From: Octopus vulgaris
Taxonomy: Eukaryota
DNA length: 64,000 bases
Assembly (NCBI GenBank): GCA_951406725.2
Contig: OX597817.1
Coordinates: 115,940,001 to 116,004,000 of the forward strand
Direction: 5' to 3'
The notes beneath the pieces were generated by a model. That model was not told the origin of the DNA. It saw only the letters and a list, made by a program, of their open reading frames with translations, and did not search any database. The position numbers and the translations under genes are program-made. Below, piece by piece: positions 12,766 to 25,489 of this stretch (position 1 is its first letter; each line of letters starts with the position of its first letter).

Positions 12766-14066
12766 ATTAATTATTTAAATTTTTAACATGAAATGTTCTA
12801 TATCATTAAAGTCTCTTCTGATGTACGTATTAAAATTGCAGAAAGTAGAGAAATTGGATGTTCTGTACTGAGAATTATAAACATTTTTCAATCAGGTTCA
12901 AACAAAATTAGGACTATATATTTGTAAAGATAATACTGCAGCCTTGTATACTTGCATATGCATTTCAATTTTGGAGTGAATAAATGAATAAATTTGTCAA
13001 ACCTTACTTATCTAACGATTTTCTGTGAATCAAATGTTTTTCTGAATATTCAACCAATTTTCTTGTATTTAATAGTCTAAAAATCGTCAACTTCCCAATT
13101 TTGCTGCAAATATCATGAAGGAAAAGTAGGTCGGCTACGATTTTAATGACCATTTGTTACGAATACTTATGATCTCATTCTATCGTTGCTAATTTCGAAA
13201 CGATTAGTCTGGCTCAACAAAAACAAGTTGTCATAAATGCCATGGTAATGCCAATGCAATATTCAAGAGGTCTACATGAGTAAGACTATCTCTAACGGTT
13301 TTCAATATATGCTATAACAATAGAAAAGGCTAGAACATACTCTGATTCATTAATCTCTTTGAGTCACAGAAGAACTTAAAATTAACGGTTGCTAGAGTTA
13401 CTCAAAAGAGTAACTTTTCTCTTTTAAATAAGTTGGATTCTGTAGTATCAGCCCCTACCAACTTGGCAAATTACCAGTATTTATGTCGCTGTAGTATATT
13501 ATTTAGCAACTATGCAAACAACAGAATAAGTGCTTATATTTGGTTAATACCCACAGCATAGAGGTTTCCAGTTTTATCAATATCACCTACGCTCTTCAGT
13601 TTCGTTTGGCTCTCCTAAATATTTTTCGCAGAATAAGTTTGTTCCATCACTCGTCGGATCCGGTTATTCTCCATCACACAAAGTAACATTTACTCGTAAT
13701 TGATTTTGACACAAAAAAATATTTAATGTGCATTTATTCTGTCAACATTACAAAAAAGGCACAACACAGATTTCAAAGCAGATATCATTATACTGCATGT
13801 TGTCTTATTTAATATGTTAGAAAGTTTACATATTATCGACAAATGTTAAAATCTGATAGTTTTATAGCTGGGACACCACTATGTCATTCCCCGATCTCCT
13901 GAAAATGACAGTCACTTATCTTACACAAAATTGTAACTCAATGCATATCATAATATACAGCCGGTAAACAAAAGCATTAGTTACGAAAAAAATGCTTTCC
14001 ATTAAGAGTTTGCTCCATCAGAGCAACCTGGGACTTCGCGGTTAATCAGTAACTATATGTATGTAA

Positions 14067-14069
<3 letters not shown>

Positions 14070-14121
<52 letters not shown>
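14070..14121. repeat. (TA)n microsatellite
   Basis: Seen directly. Confidence 0.95.
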
Positions 14122-14124
<3 letters not shown>

Positions 14125-14484
14125 GCATAGATAAGTGGATAGAGAGATAAATAGCAGTGTATTTATGTATACATATATCAATGTAGTGTATCTTTCGCGA
14201 GATTCTTAACTGATCATGTGTTCATAAATGCAATAGTAAGGCTATTCCTGCAATGAATAAATATACACACATAACACAGCTTATTGTGATACCAGCTAAT
14301 AAGGAAATACTAAGAGTACCCTTGTTCGTGATTTTAATGGCAGAATAAGTCTTAACAATATTTGCAGTCACACACTATATTTCTATCGAAACAGGATTTG
14401 TATGTTTGTTTTTCTTAGGTAATAATGCTTATGGAATGAAATTCGGTATACAGATGGTATACATACATGCACACACATACACAC

Positions 14485-14561
<77 letters not shown>

Positions 14562-14563
<2 letters not shown>

Positions 14564-15419
14564 CTAGGAGGTACCCAAAAGTAACCAGAAACGATCTCTG
14601 TGGTACAAGCCCGTTGTAGTTCAGGCTTCTGCAGCTAGAAACCACTTGACGCGACCCTCAGGCAAAATCTGTCGACTGATATCGTCGGCTCAGGTCGTAC
14701 TGCAACGTGATGCGTCTTCGTTTTAAACTAATTTTCCAATGTTCGTCGATTTTCGCAATGGCTGAAACGAAGGAACAGCGCGCTTCCGTGAATTTCAGTT
14801 TTCTCCCGGCGAAAACGACCACCGAAAGAGTTATGCTTCCAAAAGCTTACAGAGATACTGCCATTAGCAAAATATAAGTTTACAAGTGGTTTTCATGGTT
14901 TAGCAATGGTTATTTGTCACTTGAAGACCAACTTCGTTCAGAGCGACCGTCGACCTGAATGAATGGAAACATCATGAAATTCATGAACTGGTCTTGTTTC
15001 CTGGATCTCCTGCCAACGGATTTTGATCGAGTAACTGCGAATGAAAAGAGTTGCAACAAAATTTGTCCTTCACTTGGTCACATAGTATTAAAAGCAGTCA
15101 CGACCGAATGCGTGTCTTCAACTGAAAAAAACAGATGGAATTTGACCCGGAGCTCTTTCGAAGGTCACCACTGGTGATGAAAGATGGTGCCGCAGAATTT
15201 GCAGATGTGCAAAAGGTGAAGAAAAAAACGACAGAATCGTTTAAATCATTACTTCGACAGTGTTCATCAATGTTTCGAACAGCGGAAAACGCGTCTGGGC
15301 CGATGCATAACTTCCAATGGAGAATACTTTCAAGACGATAAAAGAGTAAACATGTAAAACACTAAATGAATAAAATGATATTGTAAACTTGTGGTTTCGT
15401 TTGGGTACCCTCCCTAATA
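14562..15419 (+). mobile_element. Internally deleted mariner element with both TIRs
   Basis: TIRs ggaggtacccaaaagtaaccag / gtggtttcgtttgggtaccctcc. ORF from ATG 14758: MAETKEQRASVNFSFLPAKTTTE..VYKWFSWFSNGYLSLEDQLRSERPST; first-Asp motif VTTGDERW; C-terminus RLGRCITSNGEYF. The rest of the catalytic core is missing. Confidence 0.88.
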
Positions 15420-15484
15420 TTTAGAGGTATTTAACCAATTTTCTAGGCTGATTTCACAGTTATTCCGCGTTCGATATTTATTAT

Positions 15485-15669
15485 CAATTGCAGCGTGGAA
15501 GGTGTTTATAAGCCATTTAAGAAACACACAAAAAACATTAGATTCACTTCAACATTTAAATTTAATTTGTTAAAATATTTTCGTCGCGACCGCGATCCGT
15601 TCACTGACAAAACTTCGTGCTGCATCGTGTTTCTTAAATGGCTTATAAAAACCTTCCACGCTGCAATTG
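15485..15669. repeat. Short fold-back element, 43 bp inverted repeats (1 mismatch) around a 99 bp core
   Basis: caattgcagcgtggaaggtgtttataagccatttaagaaacac (15485-15527) matches the reverse complement of 15627-15669. Confidence 0.9.
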
Positions 15670-15783
15670 CTTTCGTTCCAGCACACGATCTCAGATCAGG
15701 TCACTGCCATGCAAGTACATCTACGTAATATGTATTATCACTTTCTGTAAATACGAACTCACTCTACTTCTGGCCAAATACCC

Positions 15784-15786
<3 letters not shown>

Positions 15787-15858
<72 letters not shown>
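15787..15858. repeat. (TA)n microsatellite
   Basis: Seen directly. Confidence 0.95.
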
Positions 15859-15861
<3 letters not shown>

Positions 15862-15962
15862 CGATCGAGTGGGTTGAGTTGGTTAATTTACGGAACGTGA
15901 AAGTAAATCTCAGACGTGAAATAACTCTGAAAACAGGCTAGAACTGTTGGTAAATATGTCTT

Positions 15963-16194
15963 GATGAAGAAAAAGATTCCAGCAGGTGGTTACAGAAAAT
16001 CAAACCCTATGACTCTCGGATATTGGATGTGCGGTATGTACCGTTAAGCTAAGCAGCCATCGAGAATAATCACTATGTCTATTATAAAGCTAAATCAAGT
16101 CAGCTTAGTTCAGCGGTACAGATCGCTCAGTCGGTATCTGAGTGGTGCAGGGTTCAATTTTCTGTAACTGCTTGCTGGCAACTTTTTTCCCATC
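15963..16194. repeat. Head-to-head pair of tRNA-like arms (~96 bp each, roughly 70% identical)
   Basis: 15963-16058 is the reverse complement of 16099-16194. The plus arm has A-box-like tagttcagcggta, anticodon-like stem ctcag/ctgag and B-box-like ggttcaatt. Confidence 0.7.
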
Positions 16195-16744
16195 TTCTAG
16201 TTGAGATGGTTGTATTTAACCAATTGTTTTCTAGGTAGTTTTCGCAGCTACCCTCACGTTCGAAATTTAATCATATATATCTACATCGATCTATCTATCT
16301 ATCTGTATACATATATATGTCTATGGTTGTGGGTAGATGTATGTATGAGTCCATGCATATTTCATTTTGATCCTTCACTATAATTTATACTTCTTTGAAA
16401 TTAGTTGTATCTCTATATCTTAGATGTTAATGAATCCTCCGAGTTTTATTTGCTTGTATTTACTTCAAAATTCTCATCTGAAATTAGTAACAATATAATT
16501 ATATGTTAATTCATTCACTTACATATGTGCACACCCCATATTTCAATATTTCTTCATTAAGGTATATACATATAAACTATACACTCTTTGTATAATCTTT
16601 GTCACGTCTGTTTGAAAAATGGCCGCTCAAGTTACACAATAACTTACATCTTGTTTTAATATTATCTATGACTTCAGTAATCGTACATACATGTGTCTGT
16701 ATCTCTGTATATATATGTGTGCTTCTGTGTATGTGCGACTGTGT

Positions 16745-17400
16745 TTGCGGGGACAGCACATTGACGTTCTGTTCGTGGTCTGGTATAGCTCTTTATTTCA
16801 AAGTTTGGTACCAGTCCTTCCAGTATCTTCCATATATATATATATCACTGCATACCTCTCCCGCCTTCGTTCCAGGGAATAGAGTCGCAGCTCTTTCAAC
16901 CTGTCTCAGTAGTTCAATTGTTCCATTGATGCAATTTTCCTTGTGTAATGGCGTTGGACGGCTTCAAGCTCCGCTATCGTCCTTGTAGTATAAGGTGACC
17001 ATAGCCTCATCATAGTTTCTTGGTCCCTTGTCCGGAAGGTTCTCAGAATCTAACCAGCCAGTTTTCTGAATACTGCTACCATTTTTTGTTGATATGTGTG
17101 TGAAATGAAGCACCGTTGCTCATTTATATTCCAAGATCACGCACCGTATTTGGTTCTGGGATCGTTACTCCACTTCGTCCAACGTACTTATGAGATTCCT
17201 GAGCGGTGCTTAACTGGTAACGGAGGGCCTGAAATGTACTTGTATTAAATTGCATGTTGTTATCCTCAGCCCATGTATAGATGGCTTCTAGATCTTTCTG
17301 TAAGAGCGTATCATCAGAAGTTTCCATGACTGACTGTGCGACTTTTATGTCGTCGGCATAGCTGGTAAGCATGACTGCCTCTGTCACTGATGGCATATCC
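16745..17400 (-). mobile_element. CR1/L2-group LINE ORF2 reverse transcriptase fragment
   Basis: SYADDIK, LLQKDLEAIYTWAEDNNMQFN, VRDLGI and downstream RLKELRLYSLERRRERY..WKILEGLVPNF, with stops and frameshifts. Confidence 0.9.
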
Positions 17401-17880
17401 CATATTCTCCGTTTAATAATATATAAATATCAATCTTTATTTAAGTCACTTCAAATCTGGTTACCCCTAATAGATTAGTAAATTTGATTGACTTTACTAT
17501 AGCCTAAATATATATATAAAACTATGGGGTTCTGTGGTTGTCGTATTTACAGGTTTAAGTTTATATCAATGTTTATTACAGAATTCTCCCTACAATAAAT
17601 TAAGTAAACAAGGAAACATTGTTATTAGGTTTCTACTCATATCTACTATGGAATTATCCCTCTGGGAAAACAATAAATATAGAAGATTATTATTTGTTAA
17701 TTTGAACAATAATTTAAAAAATATATATCGATTAATTTAGATAACTAGAAGAGTTGTATTGAAGATGCAATTATTTATATATTTTTGTTGCAGTTATACC
17801 TAGGGGAAGATGTAGATATTTAATTATATACATAGATATATACACACCTATCAGAGATATATAGTAATAGCACCATAATG

Positions 17881-18148
17881 TAATGAATTTTTACCAAAGT
17901 AATGTGACAATCCCGGGATGGTACGAATGTTACTGTTAATTAGCCCCAGGAAACACGCTGATAAAGGCCAATAACACAGAAACATGTCTGTAGATGCGAG
18001 GTTGTGCTCGGTGGAGGTGCTGATCCCCACTGTTTGAAAATATAAGGACATAACTTTTTGTGTCGTATAGCCAGCTGGAAACGATGTTTCCTGAGGCAAA
18101 ATAACAGTAACATACATCCCATCCTGGGACTGCCAAATTATGTTAGCA
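17881..18148. repeat. Fold-back element with ~75 bp imperfect inverted repeats
   Basis: taatgtgacaatcccgggatggtacgaatgttactgttaattagccccaggaaaca (17900-17955) vs the reverse complement of 18085-18140, taatttggcagtcccaggatgggatgtatgttactgttattttgcctcaggaaaca. Similarity extends outward about 20 bp. Confidence 0.85.
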
Positions 18149-18419
18149 AAAAGTCATTACTATATATATATATATATATATATATATCTACATGTGTGAG
18201 TGTTTGTATGTTCGTGTGTCTATAAAATCAAAATTGAAGTAATGGAGCAGGTAAAATGTAGGCTACATATGTTTCCTAGCGAGTGGGAACTCTCAAGTAA
18301 TAATTACTCAACGAGTAGTACTCCACTAACTACGCATTAGGCCGAAGATATCTTAGTTAAATGCAGGTTATATTTTCATCAAGGGATCCCGAGTTAACTC
18401 TCAGGAGATACGATTTAAA

Positions 18420-19259
18420 ATGGGTGGTGAAGTCGGGAAAACAATATAAAAAGATATGTATGAAGAAATAAAATACGGGAGTATTTCTGATGTTGTTAAG
18501 AATAAAGAAAAGGAAGGGGTGGGATAGGGTGCAATTTTCGTTATATTGAAGCTGACTAAGGGAAGGTCGTTGTGAATATTAAGTTGGGATTATTTACTAT
18601 ACCAGCTGTAAATAAATAAATATATTGCGCACGCGAGAACATACATTTATATAGAATCAAAAAAGAAAAAAGAAAAGAGAAGAATTTTTAGAGGTAAAAT
18701 TGTCAGTAGAAGAAATGGAAGAGAAGTGGGAGTAAGGTGGAACTGCTAGGAGAAGAGAGGACGAAATAGAGAGAGATGGGAGATAAAGATATAGGTCATT
18801 AAGGGAACATCGTAGTTCGAGGTAAAATTGTGGCATATCACTTAACTGCGAAACTATACATTCGGATATGCCAACAGATATAATAAATTTATCGTCCTTC
18901 CGCCTCTCTTTCTTACTCTCCGAGCAAATTCCCTTTACTCCTACTCTTATATATTCTCTTTCATTCCTTCTCCTCACTATTTTACTTCTAAAAATGTTCT
19001 TTTCTTTCCTTTATTTCTGCTTAAATGCATATACTTGGGTGCGACAATATATTTATTTATTTATCGTTTTCATAGTAAATGATTCCAGCTTAATATCCAC
19101 AATGACATTCTCCTAGTCAACTTCAATTTAATCAAAATTGCCCCATTTTCCCCCTCTCCTTTTCCTTATTCTTAACAACTTTAGATAATTGCCCACTCCC
19201 ATATTTCATTTCTTTATACTCATATTTTTCTATTTTACTTTTCCGACTTCACCACTCAT
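18420..19259. repeat. Long imperfect palindrome (purine-rich arm facing pyrimidine-rich arm)
   Basis: Outer anchor gtggtgaagtcgg / ccgacttcaccac; inner anchors gttgttaagaataa, taaataaataaatatattg and tttttagaggtaaaat; centre ggcatatc (18832) / gatatgcc (18865). Confidence 0.85.
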
Positions 19260-19499
19260 CATTCTCTCAATATGGATATTTATTCGCATTCATAGCAACC
19301 CTAGATGGTAACTGTGAACAATAAAATAATTTTTTTCCGCTTATCGCACTTTGATATAGGAAAAATCTACAACCAATAAACTATGATTGTTCCTGAAAGT
19401 TGTATTTGTACCGACAACGGTCTGCTCGTTGCTTATTAACTTCCTACACCTAGATCCTTGGATTACGAAATTACATATCTTTAGAGATATAGTATTTGA

Positions 19500-20662
19500 G
19501 GATCCATGCATTTTTAGTCATTATTTATTTGACTAATTTTTCTTGATCTTCTAATTCAGAAAATAACAATGACAGACACTATGCTTACTAACGAAATGAA
19601 AAGGTAGGCTCTGATAGTGGCTTCGAAGGCTAAGCGTGGTGATTTAGACGTTTCTCGTTTTCTGAAAGTTGCAAGATCTTTTGTCCACAGTATGCGGTGT
19701 GAATTAGCGAATGAAGATGGAAGCGTATTACCTGTATCTAAACGTAAAAAGAAAAATTCCAAACGCTATAATTCTATCAGGACACCTGAATTTATCTAGG
19801 AAATTTCGTGTATCAGACAAAACAATCAGAAATGTGCACGAATGCATCAGATACAAATCTTACATGATGAGGAGAGGTCAATTCACGTCAAGAAAAAAAG
19901 AATAGAAAATATTTAATTAGATCCAGAAGACTTTTGAACAAGCTTAAAAATTCATCAGAAGATGGTGTGATTTGGTTCTCCTCAGATGAAGAAAACTTTG
20001 ACTAGGACAAGAGATCTAATAAAACAAATGACAGATGGTTATATGCGGACCCCTCTCAAATTCCAAGAGTAATGCACAAAATAAGTTTCATGATCTTGGT
20101 TATTGTCAGCAACGAAAGGCACTTGATGCCTACTCACCTTTTCTACAAGGCCGTAGGGTGCATGCTGCTGCGTTTATTGAAGTTCTGGATAAAGTTGCTA
20201 AGCCTTGGATCAACAGTGTATGCAATAGAAAGCCTTGTGTCTTTCAACAAGAATCTGCAACATCACACAAGGCTCAAATGACACAAGAATGGATGGTCGA
20301 CAATTTGCATCTCCTCCAAGGTTTGACCTCCTAATTCTCCAGAGCTCAATCCTCTGGTTTACTATGTATGGAGCATCGTTGAAAACAAATATCTACGAAC
20401 ACCTCCATAGCACCAAAGGTAGCACCAAAGATTCTTTGAAAGCCGCCATGGTTCGAGTCATGTCCGATATGAACAAGGTCACTTAATCCGAACTTGTAAA
20501 CGATTTCGACCCCGCATAGAGGCCGTTATTGATGCTTATGGTAGTTTTATTGAATGAAATTATTGAATTGATAATTTAGCTTTATGTTTATGTTAATTTT
20601 ATAAAAATACAGTTTTTTCTGCTATTATAGATGCTTTTTTAACCATAAATAACGTCCGCACC

Positions 20663-20665
<3 letters not shown>
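19500..20665 (+). mobile_element. Tc1/mariner-superfamily relic, DD37D/maT-like
   Basis: IWFSSDEENF, NDRWL, VAKPWINSVCNRKPCVFQQESATSHKA and PPNSPELNPLVYYVW. The right end aacgtccgcaccctg is followed by TA; the left TIR is not recognisable. Confidence 0.85.
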
Positions 20666-20715
<50 letters not shown>

Positions 20716-20739
20716 ACTTATGTGTGTTTATTTGAGAAC

Positions 20740-20910
20740 GTATTTCTCCCCCATCACCACTGGATAACTGTTACTAGTTTGCTTATGTCATCCCCATAGT
20801 TTAGTTGTAGGTTAAGGATGCATCAGAATATGGAGCAGGATCGAATTGTGCGGCCAAACGCTTGAAGATGCCGCAACATGAACGCAATCAAATGCGGGGA
20901 ACAAATAAAA
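20740..20910 (+). mobile_element. Decayed SINE 3' portion (second octopus-type family)
   Basis: ccccatcaccactggataac...ttatgtcatcccc...gccgcaacatgaacgcaatcaaatg resembles a common octopus SINE tail as I recall it; highly diverged. Confidence 0.4.
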
Positions 20911-20949
20911 CTTAAATATGAGTGTGTGTGTGTTTGTGTTTTTAATATA

Positions 20950-21908
20950 AAAGGTGAGCTAAAGTTGTTTTGTGGAGGTATGTTTTCAAGATTAGATCAT
21001 GAGACCTTCTGTTTATGTTTCTATTGTGTATAACAGGTGTGTAACAGGTATATAAACAAACATGGAGTCGAAAGCAAAGCGTGAGCAGATTGTCGCTTTG
21101 AAAACAGTTGGACCGAGCATCAAGGACATAACAAAACAGCTAAATGTATGCTGTAAAACAGTGTTCAATACTTGGAATCGATATATAGAGTCCGCTACTA
21201 CCTTTAGCAAGGCAATTCCTGTTAGGAAACAATCAATTCGTACCAAACTGTTGAAGCTGCGAAGAAGCGAATGAACCGAAATCGCCGCAGGAGTGTAACA
21301 AAAGCTGTAAAACTCTTGATGTTATCGAAATGCACAGGATTTTGAAAGACGATTTAAAGCTAACTGCATATAAGAAGCAACCCCGGCAGATAATTTTAGC
21401 AGCTCCCAAGAATAAACTGTTTGACAGGAGTAAAACCAGATTTACTGAGATGAAGCGCGCCGCTGAGAAAACTGTTGATCTGGTCCGATGAGAAGAGCTT
21501 CGCAGTGGAGGCAGTTACCAACAAACATAATGACAGGCTTTATGCACATGAGGGAGGAGACTTGCTCGAAGGTAGGTGGTGTCATTTGTGCGGTAAGAAA
21601 CCGATTTTACTCATGATGTGGGCCAAAGTTGCATCTAATATTTTTGCTCGCTCCTATTTAAATGTGTCAGATCTGAAACAAGCCATACCGTCTCCATGGG
21701 TCAAGTTGTAGAGTTTTTTGGATGAAGAGGTGGTCCGGTGCTCATGCAACTCGGTGGCCACTCACTTGCAGGCTATGATCAAAGTGATATGTAATTACTG
21801 TAATTAAATGACAATTTAGATTAGAACGTTTGTGCCAAATTTCATCATGCTTAAGTTTATTTTGAATAATAAAAAATATCAATATGTAAATCTTTCTGGG
21901 CCCCCCTG
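20950..21908 (+). mobile_element. Internally deleted Tc1/mariner-superfamily relic, DD37D/maT-like
   Basis: HTH-like MESKAKREQIVALKTVGPSIKDITKQLNVCCKTVFNTWNRY, then IWSDEKSFAVEAVTNKHNDRLYA..MMWAKVAS, then a jump to the C-terminus. The right end ctgggcccccctg is followed by TA. Confidence 0.85.
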
Positions 21909-23906
21909 TATATATATTAATAAAAAATATATATATATAGACATATATAGAATTTCTCAACATTTCAAATCATTCTTTTTCTTTGCTAGCACATGCTATA
22001 TCATTAACTGGATTTTATTTCTGAATAATGATTTCTCTAATAAACTAAAACAACTAGAACAACAAATCTGAAAATACATCACATTTATTTTAGCAAATTC
22101 TTGATGCCAATGAAAGCCTTGATTTATTTCCTTTCCAATGGGACCAATTATACTTCATGAATATTAAAATACTTGTTCCGGATCAGAATCATGAGTTGAG
22201 TAGTTTCACTTCACTTACATCATTAATAGTGATAGAAATAATAATAAAAAAACAAACAAACATATATATATCACACCTCTTCATATCCGCTTCCTTGAAT
22301 TTATTTGCTTCCTACATGTATATGTAACAATGTTACTGCTAATGTAAGGCAAAAACCCTTACAAATTTGGTGGGATGACTGAAGTGATATTTCTTGTTTT
22401 ACATTATTTCATTAGGATTTATATTTTATTTCAAGTAGAGACGAAAAGCAGAGATGACTGCAGTCGTATCTGAAATCAAACTGACATTGGATATAACAAA
22501 AATAATACACGCAAATGGTTTCAGCCATCTACGCGTTATAAGAAAGACTATTCAAAAATATTAAACACACGCATCAGTAAAAATGAAAAAATGGCGGCAC
22601 ATAGAACGATAATTCCTGTTACGTATATCCTATATGAAAAGATTCAAGATGGGAATTTCGTTTTGGAACGAGCTATGCAAAGTGTCCAACCGATTCTTAA
22701 CTAAGATAATGCGATATGATTTGTCAGAGACTTTTTATAGTTTGTACGTTGGCCAATTGCAACGAAGAAACATTTTTGATTCAATTCGACTGAAAATATA
22801 CTCGAATGTTTGCGATTAGGAACAGAGGCAAGAAATTATTTTAACAAGAATTATATTACCTATGGAATATCTTTCTTACTTTGTAAGTAACACAAAATTA
22901 TCCCCCCACCAATACTTTCAATAATAATGTAATGACTATAGCTTGAATGTTAGTGGATGTACAAAATTGCGTGATATGATATTCGAGGATATTCATGAGA
23001 AAAACCGAACAACATAAATTTAAAGGCAAAATACAATGTATACAAAGTAATTGTGAATGTGTACTGGTTTGGGGAGAACGGTAAAATCTAGCTGAAAATT
23101 TGTCATTTTAAAATAATCATTTCTTTGTACATTACTAACATCTTTGCATTGCATTTGTGGGAATCATGTTGAAATATCCTGTCTCTTTCTTTCTCAGTCT
23201 ATCAAATTCTTAATTTTGCCTCTTCTCCTCCTCTCATAATTGGCTTTCCTGATAAGTTTGTGAAATTTTGAAAATCACCTGCAGAGTGCAGTACCAGCTA
23301 AAAGCAGGGACATATTATTCAACATTTATCTGCTGGCACACTAGTCTAGGGACCCACTCGCAATCTATGTATGCCGTACTTTGCTGTCAATAAACACTAT
23401 ATTCCCATTTGCATTGCTTTGTTTGGGAGCCTATAATACTGTTAATCCTAGGAATGTAGAAAATGAGAAACCATCTTATGAAAATTCTGTGAAATTTCAC
23501 TGTTGTGAAAATTCCGTGACAAACGTCGTGTATGCCAAAGATATCCTCAATTGCAGTTCGTCGATAAAATGGTGCAAGAAGTAAATACTAAGCAATTTCA
23601 AAAATGTTCTAATGACTGATAAAATTTCAATAATGATATTTCATTTTACTTTTAAATTGTTCACTTTGACTCATGTTCAAATGTTTACTCTAGAGACGAA
23701 TTGTAAAGATAATAAAATAATTCATTAATTTTAAACGAGAATTCGAATTCTTCGAGGAATCGTGATGGTATAAGTAATGGTTAAAGAAAATGCGTAAAAT
23801 GACATTGTAATTATTAATTAGGAAACGTATTTGCATTAAAACAAAAAAGTTAGATTCAGCATTATACATATACAGGCCTCTACTTCTCTCTTTTCTTATC
23901 TCACAC

Positions 23907-23943
<37 letters not shown>

Positions 23944-24969
23944 ACGCATATTTAACACACACACACATATCAGAAGCTGGGTTCTTTCTTTTGAGAATAT
24001 CGGTTATTTGAAGATTTATTTGCTCAGTTACACAAGACATACGCACGTTCATTTCCAACAAAGAAATACTGTACTTTGTATATACCTTGAGTTCTGTTTC
24101 TTTCAGATAGTATTTCAGTTACATTGCCTCGTCCCTGAAACTTCTAATCTAATCACATTTTAGATATTTCCGTGGAATTTCTATATGAGTCAGCTGAGCT
24201 CCGTCACTTTTTATTAATCCTTTTTATTTAACGGTAGAGAATTTTTAATAGGAGGTTTCATTGCGGTTCGCCTTTCGACCTCACAAATTAATTTTTCAAC
24301 AGAAACGCATTACAAGCTGTGAGCTATAAATCTTAATCTTGATACACAAAGTGTATTTCACTATCCTTAATTGCAAGATATCATTCTCAACACTCGAAGA
24401 TTGAGTACCCTATGGGTTTGAAGGTTTCGCTTCTTTACTTTCTCATTCCTATATTATATATTTTGATTTTAGTTCTTTTACCCTCAAATTTAGGATTTCT
24501 TTACCCTTAATCATTAACGCTATATTTGTGTATAACCACTTATCCTTTACAGGTATTTATTCATCTCCAAGTTCCTGGAGTGTTTTACAGGTTTCTAAAC
24601 CAGATTATAAGATTCCCCACCGCCTTACTTTTCCTTTTATTCCCTTATTAGTCAACAGTGTAGTTCCAAATTCATCATCGTTATTGTTTCTCCCCAATAG
24701 TGAGCTACGTCAATTTTAAAAGTGCCTGCCTTTCCTCCCTCTTGCTTGCTCTACAATACATTGACAGTAATACCTGCCCCTTCAGATATCCATACAGCAC
24801 TCCCATATTCCTGCATATTGTATTATCGGTCAAGGGTTCGTTTATATATTCTTCCTCTTAATACAATTATTGCAGTTGATGTCATTTTCACTATTAATAT
24901 TATTGTTGCTCTTACGTGTGTTGATATACTACTGGTCTCATCTACTAATTGTCTTATTATTTTTATTAC

Positions 24970-25468
24970 TGTGAGAGCAGCTCATGCCATCAAAGTGGCA
25001 CTGGGATACAAATATACGAAGTCCAATATACCCATCTGATTAGGGTGCACCAGGCACATGCATCACAACCATATGCGTACAACATGGTGATCTCATATCA
25101 AGTTAAGCAGCGCATGACCTTGTACGTGGTGCCCAGTTAGAATTTTCTTCGGGCAGAGTAGACCATCCAGCTCCTTGAATAAGGTTTGTTTTGAACGTAA
25201 CACACATATTTCCAGAGGCGAATTACTAAAACCCCAAACAATTCCTCTCAAACCATTGCTATAATACTTCCCCACCACTTCTGCTCGTGATCAGAGATGC
25301 ACATATCATCGGTCACTAAGAGATATGCTCAACTGGTGAAGGTAGGTCAAGCAACCGACAAGCAGAGTATTTGTTGTAGCCCATTTTTATACCAAGACAA
25401 AACATGTACGTGATAACACTTCCAATCAGTTAAGATCGAAATCCATGAGAGCCACTGCTTGGTACTGT
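24970..25468. mobile_element. ~500 bp non-coding interspersed repeat (recalled as abundant in Octopus), flanked by degenerate ATT/GTT repeats
   Basis: GC-richer block from gtgagagcagctcatgccatcaaagtggcactggg to gagagccactgcttggtactg, with no ORF. Family identity rests on recall only. Confidence 0.55.
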
Positions 25469-25489
25469 CTGTTGTTATAATTGTTACGC

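Noticed and set aside
13396-13419. Hairpin agttactc-aaaa-gagtaact followed by Ts, like an intrinsic terminator
   Set aside because: Eukaryotic context, AT-rich 8 bp stem and no upstream gene; expected by chance.
16099-16170. Functional tRNA gene
   Set aside because: Acceptor and T stems do not pair properly; treated as a tRNA-derived repeat arm.
22587-22598. YY1-like aaaatggcggc with a 37-codon ORF
   Set aside because: Single short motif with no CpG-rich promoter context or splice support.
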